Of a DNA stretch of 64,000 bases, positions 30,836 through 41,820 are shown piece after piece. Under the pieces are notes generated by a model. It saw only the letters and a list, made by a program, of their open reading frames with translations, made no database searches and was not told the DNA's origin. The stretch is from an uncultured Armatimonadetes bacterium (GTDB taxonomy: Bacteria; Armatimonadota; UBA5829; DTJY01), in the NCBI GenBank assembly GCA_963717145.1, contig OY970325.1, positions 1,024,001 through 1,088,000 of the forward strand. The letters are read 5' to 3'. The translations under genes were made by a program, and so were the position numbers. How positions within the stretch are numbered: position 1 is the stretch's first letter; every line of letters begins with the position of its first letter.

Positions 30836-33247
30836 ATGGCGAAGGCTCAGACCAAAGTGCGGAAGCCCGCGCCCGAGCCGGATATCGAGACTACCATTGA
30901 CGGGTTGATCAACGAACTGCCGGAGGAGATACCTCTTCTTCCGATCCGCGACGCAGTCTACTTCCCGCACATGGTCTTTCCCCTTTTCGTCGGTCGCGAG
31001 AAGTCGGTTCGCGCGCTCGATGAGGCGATGGCTCAGCAGAGACTGATCCTCCTTGTGGCCCAAAAACAGGTCACAACCGACGACCCTGAGCCGGACGATA
31101 TATACTCGGTCGGTCTCGTGGCCGAGGTGATGCAGATCATGAAGGTCCCGGACGGAACGGTGCGGGTCGTCCTGGAGGGCCTCGATAGAGTGCGAGTCGT
31201 CGGCTACAAGCAGACGGATCCGTGCTTTGTCGTCAAGATCGAGACAATCCCGTCCGGAGAGGAATCCGGCATCGAGGTCGAGGCCCTGATGCGAAGCGTC
31301 GTGGCGCAGTTCGAACAGACCGTAAACATCGGCCGAACGATCCCGCCGGAAGCTCTGGTCAACGTCATCAATATCGGCGAACCCGGACGCTTGGCAGACA
31401 GTATTACGCCATATCTTCCCCTGCGAGTTGAATCCAAGCAGGACATTCTGGAGACCATCTCCGCCAAGGAGCGACTCGAGAAGCTGAGCGTCCTCCTGAA
31501 GAAAGAGATCGACATTCTCGAGATCCAGAGGAGCATCCGCAACCGGGTCGAGAAGGAGATGGGCGACACCCAGCGCGAGTTCATCCTGCGGGAACAGATG
31601 AAAGCGATCCAGCAGGAACTCGGCGAGCGTGACGAGCGCTACGGAGAGATCGAGGACTACAAGGGTCGAATCGAACAGGCATGTATGCCCGAGGAGGTTC
31701 AGGAGCGCGCCATCAAGGAGTTGGATCGGCTGGAGAAGATGCCGTATGCCGCACCCGAAGGCGTCGTCGTGCGCAACTACCTCGACTGGCTCGTCGCTCT
31801 TCCCTGGAACGTCTGCACGGAGGAGTGCATCGACATCCAGGAGGCGGCCGAGGTTCTCGACGCCGATCACTACGGTCTGGCAAAGGCGAAGGAGCGAATC
31901 CTCGAATTCCTCGCGGTTAAGCAGCTTTCCGGACAGATGAAGGGCCCGATCCTTTGCTTCGTCGGCCCTCCCGGAGTGGGCAAGACCTCGATCGGGCGTT
32001 CGATTGCGAAGGCCCTCGGACGGAAGTTCATCCGCGTATCGTTAGGCGGCATCCGGGACGAGGCGGAGATCAGAGGCCACCGCCGGACGTACATCGGCTC
32101 GATGCCCGGGCGCATCCTCCAGGGCCTCAAGCAGAGCGGATCCAACAATCCGGTCTTCATGCTCGACGAGATCGACAAGGTCGGCACTGATTTTCGCGGT
32201 GACCCCTCAGCGGCGCTGCTCGAGGCGCTCGATCCCGAGCAGAACAACGCATTCAGCGATCACTATCTCGAAGTTCCATTCAACCTGTCCGACGTCATGT
32301 TCATCACGACCGCGAATCTGCTCGATCCTGTTCCGCCGGCGCTGAAGGACCGCATGGAGGTCATCCCGTTCACCGGCTATATCGAGGATGAGAAGCTGAA
32401 GATCGCGGAGTTGTTCCTCGTTCCGAAACAGACGAAAGACCACGGGCTCACGCTTGGCCGCATTAAGTTTGACGAGGGCGCGATACGCCTGGTGATCCGC
32501 GAGTACACGCGCGAGGCCGGCGTGCGGAACCTCGAACGGGAGATCGCCAACATCTGCCGCAAGGTCGCCAAGAAGGTCGCGGAGGGCAAGAAGGGCGTCA
32601 CAAGAATCAACGCCAGGAAGGTCAAGGAGTTCCTCGGTCAGCCGAAGTACCATTACGGCATGGCTGAGGAAAAGGATGAGGTCGGCGCCGCCACCGGATT
32701 GGTCTATACCGAGTTCGGCGGCGACATCGTGACCATCGAGGTCGGCCTCATGCGCGCCGATAAGGGCCAGCTCCTTCTCACTGGCCAGCTTGGCGACGTG
32801 ATGAAGGAATCGGCTCAGGCGGCGCTCACCTACGTCCGATCCAAGGCCCAGGCGCTCAAGATCGACGAGGAATTCTCGAACAAAATGGATATACATATCC
32901 ACGTCCCGGCCGGCGCAGTGCCTAAAGACGGTCCATCGGCGGGTATAACCATCGCGGCCGCGCTCGCATCGGCTCTCACCAAGCGCGCGGTCAAGCGCGA
33001 TGTGGCGATGACGGGCGAGATTACCCTGCGCGGGAAGGTATTACCGATCGGCGGGTTGAAAGAGAAGGTACTGGCGGCGCATCGGGCCGGCATCCGGACG
33101 ATCATCATGCCGAAGGAGAACCTCAAGGACCTGGAGGAGATCCCGGCATACGTTCGCGAGGAATTGACGTTCAAGCCGGTCGAGCATGCAGACGAAGTGC
33201 TGAAGATCGCGCTCCTGAACGGCTCGAACGGAGTCAAGAAGAAGTGA
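30836..33247 (+). CDS. lon: Lon protease
   Basis: [33 protein letters not shown]. Confidence 0.97.
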   Translation: MAKAQTKVRKPAPEPDIETTIDGLINELPEEIPLLPIRDAVYFPHMVFPLFVGREKSVRALDEAMAQQRLILLVAQKQVTTDDPEPDDIYSVGLVAEVMQIMKVPDGTVRVVLEGLDRVRVVGYKQTDPCFVVKIETIPSGEESGIEVEALMRSVVAQFEQTVNIGRTIPPEALVNVINIGEPGRLADSITPYLPLRVESKQDILETISAKERLEKLSVLLKKEIDILEIQRSIRNRVEKEMGDTQREFILREQMKAIQQELGERDERYGEIEDYKGRIEQACMPEEVQERAIKELDRLEKMPYAAPEGVVVRNYLDWLVALPWNVCTEECIDIQEAAEVLDADHYGLAKAKERILEFLAVKQLSGQMKGPILCFVGPPGVGKTSIGRSIAKALGRKFIRVSLGGIRDEAEIRGHRRTYIGSMPGRILQGLKQSGSNNPVFMLDEIDKVGTDFRGDPSAALLEALDPEQNNAFSDHYLEVPFNLSDVMFITTANLLDPVPPALKDRMEVIPFTGYIEDEKLKIAELFLVPKQTKDHGLTLGRIKFDEGAIRLVIREYTREAGVRNLEREIANICRKVAKKVAEGKKGVTRINARKVKEFLGQPKYHYGMAEEKDEVGAATGLVYTEFGGDIVTIEVGLMRADKGQLLLTGQLGDVMKESAQAALTYVRSKAQALKIDEEFSNKMDIHIHVPAGAVPKDGPSAGITIAAALASALTKRAVKRDVAMTGEITLRGKVLPIGGLKEKVLAAHRAGIRTIIMPKENLKDLEEIPAYVREELTFKPVEHADEVLKIALLNGSNGVKKK

Positions 33248-33253
33248 AAACCG

Positions 33254-33312
33254 GTGTGGGGGTGTGGGAGTATGGGAGTGATAGAAACTCCCATACCCCC
33301 ACACTCCCATAC
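33254..33312. repeat. Inverted 8-mer periodic repeat (GGGAGTRT), family E
   Basis: GTGTGGGG GTGTGGGA GTATGGGA GT ... ACTCCCAT ACCCCCAC ACTCCCAT; relatives at 33553-33618 and 46571-46640. Confidence 0.75.
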
Positions 33313-33317
33313 GAAAT

Positions 33318-33550
33318 GCGAAGACTGGGAAGAGTAGGGGATACCGACCCTTCAGAGAGGGTGGCATATGGTGCGAGCCACCCGGGTACGGACCTCCGAA
33401 TGTCGCCCATGAGCCACTGCGCTGAACGGGAGTAAGCGCGGTCGGGATGGCCCGTTACAGCCACTTGAGGTCCGCCTTCGGGCGGGCGAATTAAGGTGGT
33501 ACCACGAAAGGCTCCTTTCGTCCTTAGCGGATGAGAGGAGCTTGTTTCTT
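33318..33550 (+). promoter_or_regulatory. T-box riboswitch (Val) with terminator
   Basis: AGAGA, GGTGCGA and GCTGAA stem I motifs; GTA specifier; AAGGTGGTACCACG T-box; GCTCCTTTCGTCC/GGATGAGAGGAGC hairpin plus U-rich tail upstream of valS. Confidence 0.9.
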
Positions 33551-33633
33551 GGGAGTACTGGAGTGGTGGAGTGTTGGAGTGCTGGGAGCCCAATACTCCA
33601 TCACTCCAACACTCCAGTTCCGGGAGGAGAACC

Positions 33634-36285
33634 ATGGACCAATACGACACATTGCCGAAAGTGTACGACCCGCAGGCCGTCGAGCCGAAATGGTATGACT
33701 ACTGGATGAGCAAGGGCTACTTCCACGCGGAGGTTGACCCATCGAAGCCGACGTACTCGATCACCATCCCCCCGCCGAACATCACCGGGTCGCTCCACAT
33801 CGGGCACGCGCTCTGTTACACGATCCAGGACGTGCTGGGCCGCTGGAAACGGATGCAGGGGTTCAATACCCTCATCCTGCCCGGCACCGATCACGCCGGG
33901 ATCGCGACGCAGAACAAGGTCGAGCAGCAACTCGCCAAGGAGGGACTCACACGACATGACCTCGGCCGCGAGAAGTTCGTGGAGCGCGTCTGGCAGTGGC
34001 GCGAGGAATACGGCGGCACGATCCTCAGCCAGTTCAAGCGCATGGGCTACGCTTTCGACTGGGACCGCCTGCGGTTCACGATGGACGAGGGATACGCCGA
34101 TGCCGTCCTCGAGGAGTTCGTGCGCTGGTTCGACGCGGGGCTGATCTACCGCGGCGTGCGTGTCATCAACTGGTGTCCGCGATGCCAGACCGCCATCTCC
34201 GACATCGAGGTCGAATACGAGGAGGTCGCCGGCCACCTGTGGCATATCGACTACCCGCTCGAGGACGGATCCGGCGTCATCACGGTGGCGACGACTCGTC
34301 CCGAGACGATGCTCGGTGACACTGCCGTTGCCGTCAATCCGGACGACCAGCGCTACACCGGCATGATCGGGAAGAACGCGATCCTCCCGATCATGGGCCG
34401 CTCGATCCCGATCATCGCCGATATGCACGTCGACCCCGAATTCGGCACCGGCGCGGTCAAGGTGACGCCCGCTCACGACCCGAACGACTTCGAGATCGGC
34501 GTGAGGCACAAGCTCCCGAGCGTGATCGTCATCGCCACGGACGGCTCGATGACCGAGGAAGCCGGACGGTTCGCCGGAATGGACCGCTATGCCGCGCGCG
34601 AGGCGGTCGTCGAGGAGCTTCGGGCGAACGATCTGCTTATCCGCGAGGAGGAGTACGTCCACTCGGTGGGCACGTGCGCCCGATGCGGGTCCACGATCGA
34701 GCCGCTCCTGTCCGAGCAGTGGTTCGCCCGCATGAAGGATATCGCCCAGCCCGCGATCGACGTCGTGAAGGAGGGCAGGGTCCGCATCGTCCCCGAGCGC
34801 TACGCCGGGACGTACACTGAGTGGATGGAGAACATACGCGACTGGTGCATCTCCCGCCAGCTCTGGTGGGGGCATCGTATCCCGGTCTGGAAGTGCCTCG
34901 ATTGTGGAGAATACACCGCCGCGAAGACTGAGGTCGAGGCGTGCAAGGTCTGCGGATCGAAGAACGTCGAGCAGGACCCGGACGTGCTCGACACCTGGTT
35001 CTCGTCGGCGCTGTGGCCGTTTGCGACGATGGGCTGGCCGAAAGACACGCCCGAACTCGAAGGGTTCTACCCGACCTCCGTCCTTGTGACGGCCCGCGAC
35101 ATCATCTATCTCTGGGTCTCCAGGATGATCATGACGAGTCTGTACTTCCTGGATGAAATCCCGTTCAAGGATGTATACATCTACGCCACAGTCTTGAACG
35201 AAGAGGGCCAACGGATGAGCAAGTCGCTCGGCACCGGTATCGATCCCGTCGAAGTCATCGACAAGTACGGGGCGGATGCGCTCCGGTTCGCACTCATCCA
35301 GCAGACCGGCAAGAACCAGGACATGCGTTTCTCCGAAGGCCGAGTCGAGGCGATCCGCAACTTCAGCAACAAGATATGGAACATCTCTCGGTTCGTCCTG
35401 CTCAGCCTCGACCTGGAGGCAGGAATCCCGACCGCTCCACCGGCGGAGAAGCTCCGGCTCGAGGACAGATGGATCCTCAGCCGCTTGCAGGACACGATTG
35501 GAGCGGTCAACACCGGCCTGGGGAACTACGACATGGACACCGCCGCCCGCGCGCTCTATGAGTTCCTGTGGAACGAGTACGCCGACTGGTACATCGAGAT
35601 GGCGAAACCTCAACTCCGGGGCGATGAGTCGTCCGTCGTGAAGTACGTCCTGTACACGGTGCTGGAAACCTCGATGCGACTGATGCACCCGATCATGCCA
35701 TTCATCACGGAGCAGATCTGGCAGTCGATCCCACACGTGGGCGAGAGCATCATGACGGTGAAGTACCCCGAGGCCGATGAGTCGCTCCGTGACGCATCCG
35801 CAGAGTCGCAGGTCGGCGCTATCATGGAGATCGTCCGCGCCATCCGCAACCTGCGCGCCGAGAGCGGCATCACGCCGGACAAGAAGGTCGAATGCGCGAT
35901 CGTGCCGAAGACGGGTGAGGCGAAGGAAGCTGTCACAAGCGGAGCGGAGAGCATCCGTATCCTCGCCAAGGCGAGCAAGCTCGACGTCGCGACGGAATCT
36001 CCCGCAACGGGCGAGACGAAGTACGTCTCCGCGCATCTCCCTTCGGCGGATATCTACATCCCACTCGCCGGGCTGGTCGATGTCGACAAGGAGATCGAGC
36101 GCATAACGAACGAACTGGCGAGCGTCGAGAAGGATCTCGCCCGGAGCGCCGGGAAGCTCTCAAATGAGCAGTTCCTCTCGAAGGCGGCCGCACCGATCGT
36201 CGAGAAGGAGCAGCGCATCGTAAGGGAACTCACCGAGAAGCGCGAAAAGCTCCAGGAGCGGCTCGCCATCCTGCGGGGAGCGTGA
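33634..36285 (+). CDS. valS: Valine-tRNA ligase
   Basis: PPPNITGSLHIGH, DWCISRQLWWGH, RMSKS, C-terminal coiled coil. Confidence 0.97.
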   Translation: MDQYDTLPKVYDPQAVEPKWYDYWMSKGYFHAEVDPSKPTYSITIPPPNITGSLHIGHALCYTIQDVLGRWKRMQGFNTLILPGTDHAGIATQNKVEQQLAKEGLTRHDLGREKFVERVWQWREEYGGTILSQFKRMGYAFDWDRLRFTMDEGYADAVLEEFVRWFDAGLIYRGVRVINWCPRCQTAISDIEVEYEEVAGHLWHIDYPLEDGSGVITVATTRPETMLGDTAVAVNPDDQRYTGMIGKNAILPIMGRSIPIIADMHVDPEFGTGAVKVTPAHDPNDFEIGVRHKLPSVIVIATDGSMTEEAGRFAGMDRYAAREAVVEELRANDLLIREEEYVHSVGTCARCGSTIEPLLSEQWFARMKDIAQPAIDVVKEGRVRIVPERYAGTYTEWMENIRDWCISRQLWWGHRIPVWKCLDCGEYTAAKTEVEACKVCGSKNVEQDPDVLDTWFSSALWPFATMGWPKDTPELEGFYPTSVLVTARDIIYLWVSRMIMTSLYFLDEIPFKDVYIYATVLNEEGQRMSKSLGTGIDPVEVIDKYGADALRFALIQQTGKNQDMRFSEGRVEAIRNFSNKIWNISRFVLLSLDLEAGIPTAPPAEKLRLEDRWILSRLQDTIGAVNTGLGNYDMDTAARALYEFLWNEYADWYIEMAKPQLRGDESSVVKYVLYTVLETSMRLMHPIMPFITEQIWQSIPHVGESIMTVKYPEADESLRDASAESQVGAIMEIVRAIRNLRAESGITPDKKVECAIVPKTGEAKEAVTSGAESIRILAKASKLDVATESPATGETKYVSAHLPSADIYIPLAGLVDVDKEIERITNELASVEKDLARSAGKLSNEQFLSKAAAPIVEKEQRIVRELTEKREKLQERLAILRGA

Positions 36286-36390
36286 GAGAACACAGAAGCA
36301 CGGAAGGGATGCGGAAACACAGAACCGGCTTTCATGTCCGTGCATCCCTCCGTGCCCTCTGTGCCTCTGTGGTTCCATTTGAGGTGTGGT

Positions 36391-37647
36391 TTGTTCAAGA
36401 AGCTCGGTGTGTTGGCAATGCTGATCGTTGCGATCCTCTCCGGATGCGGCCGGCAGAAGGGCGCGGGTGGGGTGACGGAGATCGTCTACCTCGTGCGCGC
36501 GACTCCCGATCAACTCGAGGTCTGGCAGCGCGCCACCAAGGAGTTCATGCGCCTGAACCCCGATGTCCGCGTCCGATTCGAGAACCTCCCCTATGCCCAG
36601 TATTGGGACAAGTTCCAGACGATGACCGCCGCCGGTGTCGCGCCGGACGTCATCTTCATGGAGTCGGGCCGATTCCCCAAGTTCGCGGAGAGCGGGTCAC
36701 TGGAGAACCTCGAAGCATACATCAAGCGGGACGGCGACCTCGAACTCGACGACTTCTATCCACGCGCGCTCGATTCCTACCGCTGGAAGGGTGACATCTA
36801 CGGCCTGCCGAACGACATCGCGATCGGCGTCGTCTTCTTCAACAAGGACCTCTTCGACGAGGCGGGCGTCCCATACCCGAAGCAGGGTTGGACCTGGGAC
36901 GACTACCTCGCCGCCGCGAAGGCGCTCACCTTCGACTTCGATGAGGACGGGCGGCTCGATCAATACGGTACGCTGACCGGCGACTGGCGGCATTTCGTCT
37001 GGCAGAACGGCGGCGACCTGGTGGATGATCCCCGCCATCCGACGCGCAGCACGATGAACACGCCCGAGGTGATCGAGGCGCTCCAATGGCTTGTGGACCT
37101 GAGGTTCAAGCACCACGTAACCACGCGGCCCGGCGAACTGGCAGACATGGGCGGCTACGAGATGTTCATGACGGGCAAAGTAGCGATGGTCTTCGGCGGC
37201 CACTGGGACGTGCCGACGTACTCGAAGCTGACGCGCTTCCGCTGGGATGTCGCGGCGCTCCCGAAGGGGCGGTTCAGGGCGAACAATGCCTACGGGTCGG
37301 CGCTCTGCATCCCATCGAAGAGCCGGAACAAGCAGGCGGCCTGGCGGTACATCAAGTTCCTGACCGGCAGGGCTGGGCAGGCGATCATGGTCGGCTCGGA
37401 CTTCTCCACGCCCGCGCGGAAGTCGGTCGCCCGCTCGAAGGAATACCTCACGCCGCCGCCCGATGGTGAGCAGGTCTTCGTGAACGAGATCCCCTTCGGC
37501 CACCCGCTCCCGTTCACGCCGAAATACCTCGAGATGGGCAACGTCGCGGAGGAGGTCATGGATCTCATGTGGCTAGGCAAGCAGTCCGTCCCCGACACCT
37601 GCAAGGAACTCGACAAGCGGATAGATAAAGTATTGATCAGGGACTGA
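36391..37647 (+). CDS. Sugar ABC transporter substrate-binding lipoprotein (no permeases adjacent)
   Basis: Lipobox ILSGC, APDV, YGLP, FNKDLFDEAG, WTWDDY; TTG start after GAGGTG. Confidence 0.88.
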   Translation: MFKKLGVLAMLIVAILSGCGRQKGAGGVTEIVYLVRATPDQLEVWQRATKEFMRLNPDVRVRFENLPYAQYWDKFQTMTAAGVAPDVIFMESGRFPKFAESGSLENLEAYIKRDGDLELDDFYPRALDSYRWKGDIYGLPNDIAIGVVFFNKDLFDEAGVPYPKQGWTWDDYLAAAKALTFDFDEDGRLDQYGTLTGDWRHFVWQNGGDLVDDPRHPTRSTMNTPEVIEALQWLVDLRFKHHVTTRPGELADMGGYEMFMTGKVAMVFGGHWDVPTYSKLTRFRWDVAALPKGRFRANNAYGSALCIPSKSRNKQAAWRYIKFLTGRAGQAIMVGSDFSTPARKSVARSKEYLTPPPDGEQVFVNEIPFGHPLPFTPKYLEMGNVAEEVMDLMWLGKQSVPDTCKELDKRIDKVLIRD

Positions 37648-37731
37648 CGAGCAAACGCGCCGAGAAGATACGCAAGCGCGGTGGAGTGGCTTGCCAACAG
37701 CGAATGATCGACGGACTGTGAGGGGAGACGA

Positions 37732-39324
37732 ATGGCATACGACCCAAGATCGACATACAGGCAGTTCATGGCTCACGAGTCCCTCCGATGTATACCCACT
37801 GATAAGGCGATCATGTACGTGGGAGCGCTTGTTGATACATCACACGACTTGAGAGAGGAAGCTGGACTGGAACGCGCAATAACTTGGGCGTCCGAACTAT
37901 GGCCAACCGGCCTTAGCGACAGACAGAGACTCCTGCTGGACTATTTCACATCCAACGCATGGGCGGATCTCCTGGAGTTGCGTACAAAGGGCACAGACAA
38001 GCGTTTCGACTGGAATCAGGAGGAATCGGAGAGGCAGGTCTTCCATCTGCGCCGGGCGTACGCCAACAAGGCGTTCGAGGGATCCGAGCAGATGAGGCAG
38101 TGCCAGATACTGACGAACCTTGGCAACTCCCTAAGCCACATCGGCAGATTCGTCGAAGCAGTAGAATACTGGGACAGGGCCCTGGCGATCGACCCAGATT
38201 TCGGAATGGCGGTTGGGAATCGTGGCCACGGTCTTACCTACTACGCCTCCGCATTATACGATGATGGCCATCAGTTCCTGCTCTTGAAGCAAGCCAGATC
38301 GGCATTGTCCAGGGCTCTATCCTTGGCGCTGGAACCAGGAGCACAACCACGGTTCGAGAAGCGGTTGGCGGAGATCGACCGTTCGCTAGGCACGAAAGGT
38401 CTTGCAGCCACAGTGGATATGGATGTTTTTTCGCTCGGCCGTTCAAAGGCTGAGTCCGGCTACAGGCGGTGGTGTCTGCAGAACCGGCTATTCCTCAACC
38501 CGCTGAATGACTTGGGAGTCCATTCAATTGCGGCGACCGATGTTCTTTCCACCCCTTCCATAGTCACGCCACTGGATCATGGCTGTGGATACCAGGGGTT
38601 CTTCAACCAAATGAAGCAGGAGTTTGTGTCAGCTCGGTATCTGTACTATGAAGGGATCAGCCTCGGCCGGCCACATTACTCAGACAAGGATGTTCTTCTC
38701 CTGGACACGCTGGACTATCCTGAGTATTCTGTCTCGGTCGAGAAAGGGAAGGCTGCATTTCGCATGGCCTATTCGCTTCTTGACAAGATCGCGTGGTTCC
38801 TTGTCGTTTACCTGGACATCAAGAGCAAGCTCAAAGCTGGAGAGCTCAGGAGAGTAAGCTTCCGCAACATCTGGTACAAGGGCCTTTCAAGGTCTGGCGG
38901 CTTGTGGAGTGACCTGCAGCAATGCCAGAACTGGCCGATGAGGGGCCTGTTCTGGCTAAGTAAGGACTTGTATGAGGAAAGACCGGAGTTTCGGGATTCC
39001 ATGGAACCCGATGCAAAGCAGCTTGCCGATGTGCGCAATCATCTGGAGCACAAGTACCTAAAGCTGCACGACTGTATGTGGATCGGAGAGGCATTCCTTG
39101 ATGATCCCACATGGCGGGCCTGCACCGATGACCTAGCGTTCTCCCTTTACCGCTCTGATTTCGAGGCGAAGACACTACGAATGTTAAAGATGGCCCGCGG
39201 TGCATTGATATACCTATCGTTGGCTATCCACCGCGAAGAACAGCGACGCAGCCAGGCAAGGGATGGCAAAGGTATCAGTGTACCGATGTTTCTCGATGCC
39301 TACGACGATAAGTGGAAGCGCTGA
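37732..39324 (+). CDS. TPR + LA2681-like HEPN domain protein (putative defence RNase)
   Basis: TPR TNLGNSL..GRFVEAVEYWDRALAIDP; FLNPLNDL, FNQMKQEFVSARY, YSLLDKIA; Rx4H motif RNHLEH. Confidence 0.8.
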   Translation: MAYDPRSTYRQFMAHESLRCIPTDKAIMYVGALVDTSHDLREEAGLERAITWASELWPTGLSDRQRLLLDYFTSNAWADLLELRTKGTDKRFDWNQEESERQVFHLRRAYANKAFEGSEQMRQCQILTNLGNSLSHIGRFVEAVEYWDRALAIDPDFGMAVGNRGHGLTYYASALYDDGHQFLLLKQARSALSRALSLALEPGAQPRFEKRLAEIDRSLGTKGLAATVDMDVFSLGRSKAESGYRRWCLQNRLFLNPLNDLGVHSIAATDVLSTPSIVTPLDHGCGYQGFFNQMKQEFVSARYLYYEGISLGRPHYSDKDVLLLDTLDYPEYSVSVEKGKAAFRMAYSLLDKIAWFLVVYLDIKSKLKAGELRRVSFRNIWYKGLSRSGGLWSDLQQCQNWPMRGLFWLSKDLYEERPEFRDSMEPDAKQLADVRNHLEHKYLKLHDCMWIGEAFLDDPTWRACTDDLAFSLYRSDFEAKTLRMLKMARGALIYLSLAIHREEQRRSQARDGKGISVPMFLDAYDDKWKR

Positions 39325-39368
39325 CCTGACTTGCCTGGAGACGGTAAGGCGAATCTGCCGGAAAGCGC

Positions 39369-40967
39369 CTAGAGCCCCAACTCCGTCTGTTCCCCGTCGC
39401 GGACGAGCTTCTTGCCGCCGCTGCGGAGTGACCAGCCGCGCGGGAAATCGAACTCCTTGCCCTCCAGCAACTCCTTGATCGTGCGAATCTGGAACTTGGG
39501 GATCTTCCGCCCGCTTGGGGAATCGAAGAAGCCAAGCTCCTCCGCGCGCTGATACATCCCCTTCGTCGGCGTGTCCAGGCAGATGAAGAAGCCCATCGCC
39601 GCCTTCTCACGCTCGATCACGTGGGCGAAGGCGTCGATATCTCCCGTCTTGAGATGGCCGCCCTTGACCTGGCAGACCGCATAGCGGTGTTCCCGGTTCT
39701 CATCGCCGAAGTAGACTTTGCCGTCTACGCCCTTGTCGCCGCTCTTTTCCGGCTGCGGAACGCCCGCGACTAGGCCGACCGCCCATATCTCGAACTGCTT
39801 CGGGCTCTGGTCGAAGAGCTGGTACGCAGAGTATTCGTCCTTCGGGTCGCCAATGATGTCGTAGTCCTTCTCGCGCTTGAGGCCGAAGTCCTTGGCAAGG
39901 CGGCTCATCATCAGGTCGATGGCGATGAAGGTGATGTCTATGCCGATCCACTTCCGACCAAGCTTCTCCGCCGCCACAACCGCGGTTCCGCACCCACAGA
40001 AGGGGTCGAACACGATATCGCCAGGGTTCGAGGATGCATTGATCATCCGTTCCAAGAGCGCCAGAGGCTTTTGGGTTGGGTAGCCCATACGTTCCTGCGC
40101 CATGGAGTTGATGGGAGAAATGTCCGTCCAGACGTTACCCATAAGCGTTCCCGGCATCTCGTCTAGATAGCGCTTGAACTGAATCCTGCCCTCGGGTTTC
40201 TTGGGGAAGGACAACCGCCCTTCTTGGTCCAACTGCTCCATCTTCTCACGGCTGACGGCCCAACCGTTAGGGTGTGGCTTGTACCCTTTGTAGTCGTAGG
40301 TCAGGTTTGGCCTTGGGTTGGGGCTTCTCAGGTCGCTTAGCCGATATCGCCGCCCGCCCTCATCCTGGTAGCGATATTTCGATTCCAGGTAGGCATCTGA
40401 ATGGGGAACGTACTGCGGGCAGAACATGTGCTGGTCAGTCTTGGTGAAGAGCAAGATAGTATCGGCAATGTCCGCGAACTTCTTCTTGGCATCACTGTGT
40501 GCGGTCGTGCGCTTCCAGGTCAACTCGTTCACGAAGTTCGTCGGCCCGAAGACCACGTCCAGTATGATCTTGAGGTAGTGGCTTGCCACCGGGTCGCAGT
40601 GCAGATAGAGGCTGCCCGTCGGTCTGAGGACGCGGTGGAGTTCCAGGAGGCGGGGGGCCATCATCACGAGATATGCCATCATCTCGCTTGTCCCGAGGAT
40701 GTCGTGCAGTGAGTTCATGAGCGGGAATAGCCGTGCATTCTTGGGCTCGTCAAAGAACTCATCGTAATGGCGCTTGCTCCACTGCCAGGTGTCGGTGAAG
40801 GCGGTGATCTGCGCCTGGTTCTCGTCCTTCTTCGCCTGCTTGAAGAGGACGTTGTAGTCCCGCGCGGAGTTGAACGGCGGGTCGAGGTAGACGAGATCAA
40901 CCGATTCGTCCGCGATGTGCTCGCGCATGATCTCCAGGTTGTCACCGTAGTAGAGCGTGTTCCTCAT
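39369..40967 (-). CDS. N6/N4 DNA methyltransferase fused to Mrr-like endonuclease domain
   Basis: YLDPPFNS, YPTQKP, DPFCGCGT (beta order); C-terminal QFEIWAV, GDKGVDG, QVKGG. Confidence 0.88.
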   Translation of the reverse strand: MRNTLYYGDNLEIMREHIADESVDLVYLDPPFNSARDYNVLFKQAKKDENQAQITAFTDTWQWSKRHYDEFFDEPKNARLFPLMNSLHDILGTSEMMAYLVMMAPRLLELHRVLRPTGSLYLHCDPVASHYLKIILDVVFGPTNFVNELTWKRTTAHSDAKKKFADIADTILLFTKTDQHMFCPQYVPHSDAYLESKYRYQDEGGRRYRLSDLRSPNPRPNLTYDYKGYKPHPNGWAVSREKMEQLDQEGRLSFPKKPEGRIQFKRYLDEMPGTLMGNVWTDISPINSMAQERMGYPTQKPLALLERMINASSNPGDIVFDPFCGCGTAVVAAEKLGRKWIGIDITFIAIDLMMSRLAKDFGLKREKDYDIIGDPKDEYSAYQLFDQSPKQFEIWAVGLVAGVPQPEKSGDKGVDGKVYFGDENREHRYAVCQVKGGHLKTGDIDAFAHVIEREKAAMGFFICLDTPTKGMYQRAEELGFFDSPSGRKIPKFQIRTIKELLEGKEFDFPRGWSLRSGGKKLVRDGEQTELGL

Positions 40968-41028
40968 ATAGAGGACAATACGTCGGCGGGCGGCTGCTTT
41001 CCTTCATGCCATGCTGAGGAAGAGAGGT

Positions 41029-41056
41029 GAGGGGCGCTCCAGTGGGAACGCCCCTC
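41029..41056 (-). terminator. Hairpin downstream of the 221-aa gene
   Basis: GAGGGGCGTTCC-CACT-GGAGCGCCCCTC followed by a pyrimidine run. Confidence 0.5.
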
Positions 41057-41067
41057 GGTGGTGCGGG

Positions 41068-41733
41068 TTAGGCGGCAATTGTCGCGGAGACGGTCTCGGA
41101 CCAGGGGCCGGCCTCGCCACGACTGCCCATCCATCTGAGCATGTAGTGGGCCTTCTTCCCGCCGTCCGCTCCGTCGTGAACCACCGTGAACGGACTCCGA
41201 GTCGCCATTCCGACGAACGATACTTCCGTGCCGTCGACCGGCGGAGGGCCGTCGATCTTCACCCAGACCTCACAGCCGATCACACCGTCGGGCTTTGCGT
41301 TGCCCATGGTTCCGCTGTTGTTGCGGAACCCAACGCTGTGACGCAGCCGCTCGCTCGTGTCTACCCATCCGAGCGGATGAGTCGCAGGCGTCGAAGCGGT
41401 GGTCTGCCTAGGCGCGCGAACGGTTATCCCCATCGCCTGCCGCTTCGTGTCGTCTACAAGCGGACTGGCCTGCAGCCTGGCAACCAGCGCCCGGAGGCTT
41501 GCCGTAAGGATGTCGCGCTGCTCAACCTTCTGCTCACGCTTGCTCCTCGCGTTTGCCTGGGCCGTGGTATGCTGCCCATATGCGAAGTCCCAGTTCGTCT
41601 GCTCCTGCACGATGAAATCGACGTCCGTCGCCTCGAGTCCGAGTTCAATCAGGTGGGCGCTAACATAAGTGAGGAAGTTCGCTACCCAGGGAGTGAACTC
41701 CCCATCGGCAGACGGAATATAATCGTGTCCCAT
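41068..41733 (-). CDS. Uncharacterised protein: N-terminal helical region plus C-terminal FN3-like beta domain
   Basis: AAGGAGGTG RBS; DYIP..DGEF..W..NF start; HYMLRWMGSRGEAGPWSETVSATI end. Confidence 0.8.
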   Translation of the reverse strand: MGHDYIPSADGEFTPWVANFLTYVSAHLIELGLEATDVDFIVQEQTNWDFAYGQHTTAQANARSKREQKVEQRDILTASLRALVARLQASPLVDDTKRQAMGITVRAPRQTTASTPATHPLGWVDTSERLRHSVGFRNNSGTMGNAKPDGVIGCEVWVKIDGPPPVDGTEVSFVGMATRSPFTVVHDGADGGKKAHYMLRWMGSRGEAGPWSETVSATIAA

Positions 41734-41820
41734 ACTGTCACCTCCTTCCGACTGCTAGAGTAACCATATTATCGGCGAATCCATGGGGGATCCATAGAGG
41801 ATTCTCTGCTGTGCATGCAG

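Noticed and set aside
33601-36036. Long antisense ORFs (also 4786-6225, 47433-49073, 52659-54395, 42308-43846)
   Set aside because: Shadows of GC-rich genes on the opposite strand, with no recognisable motifs.
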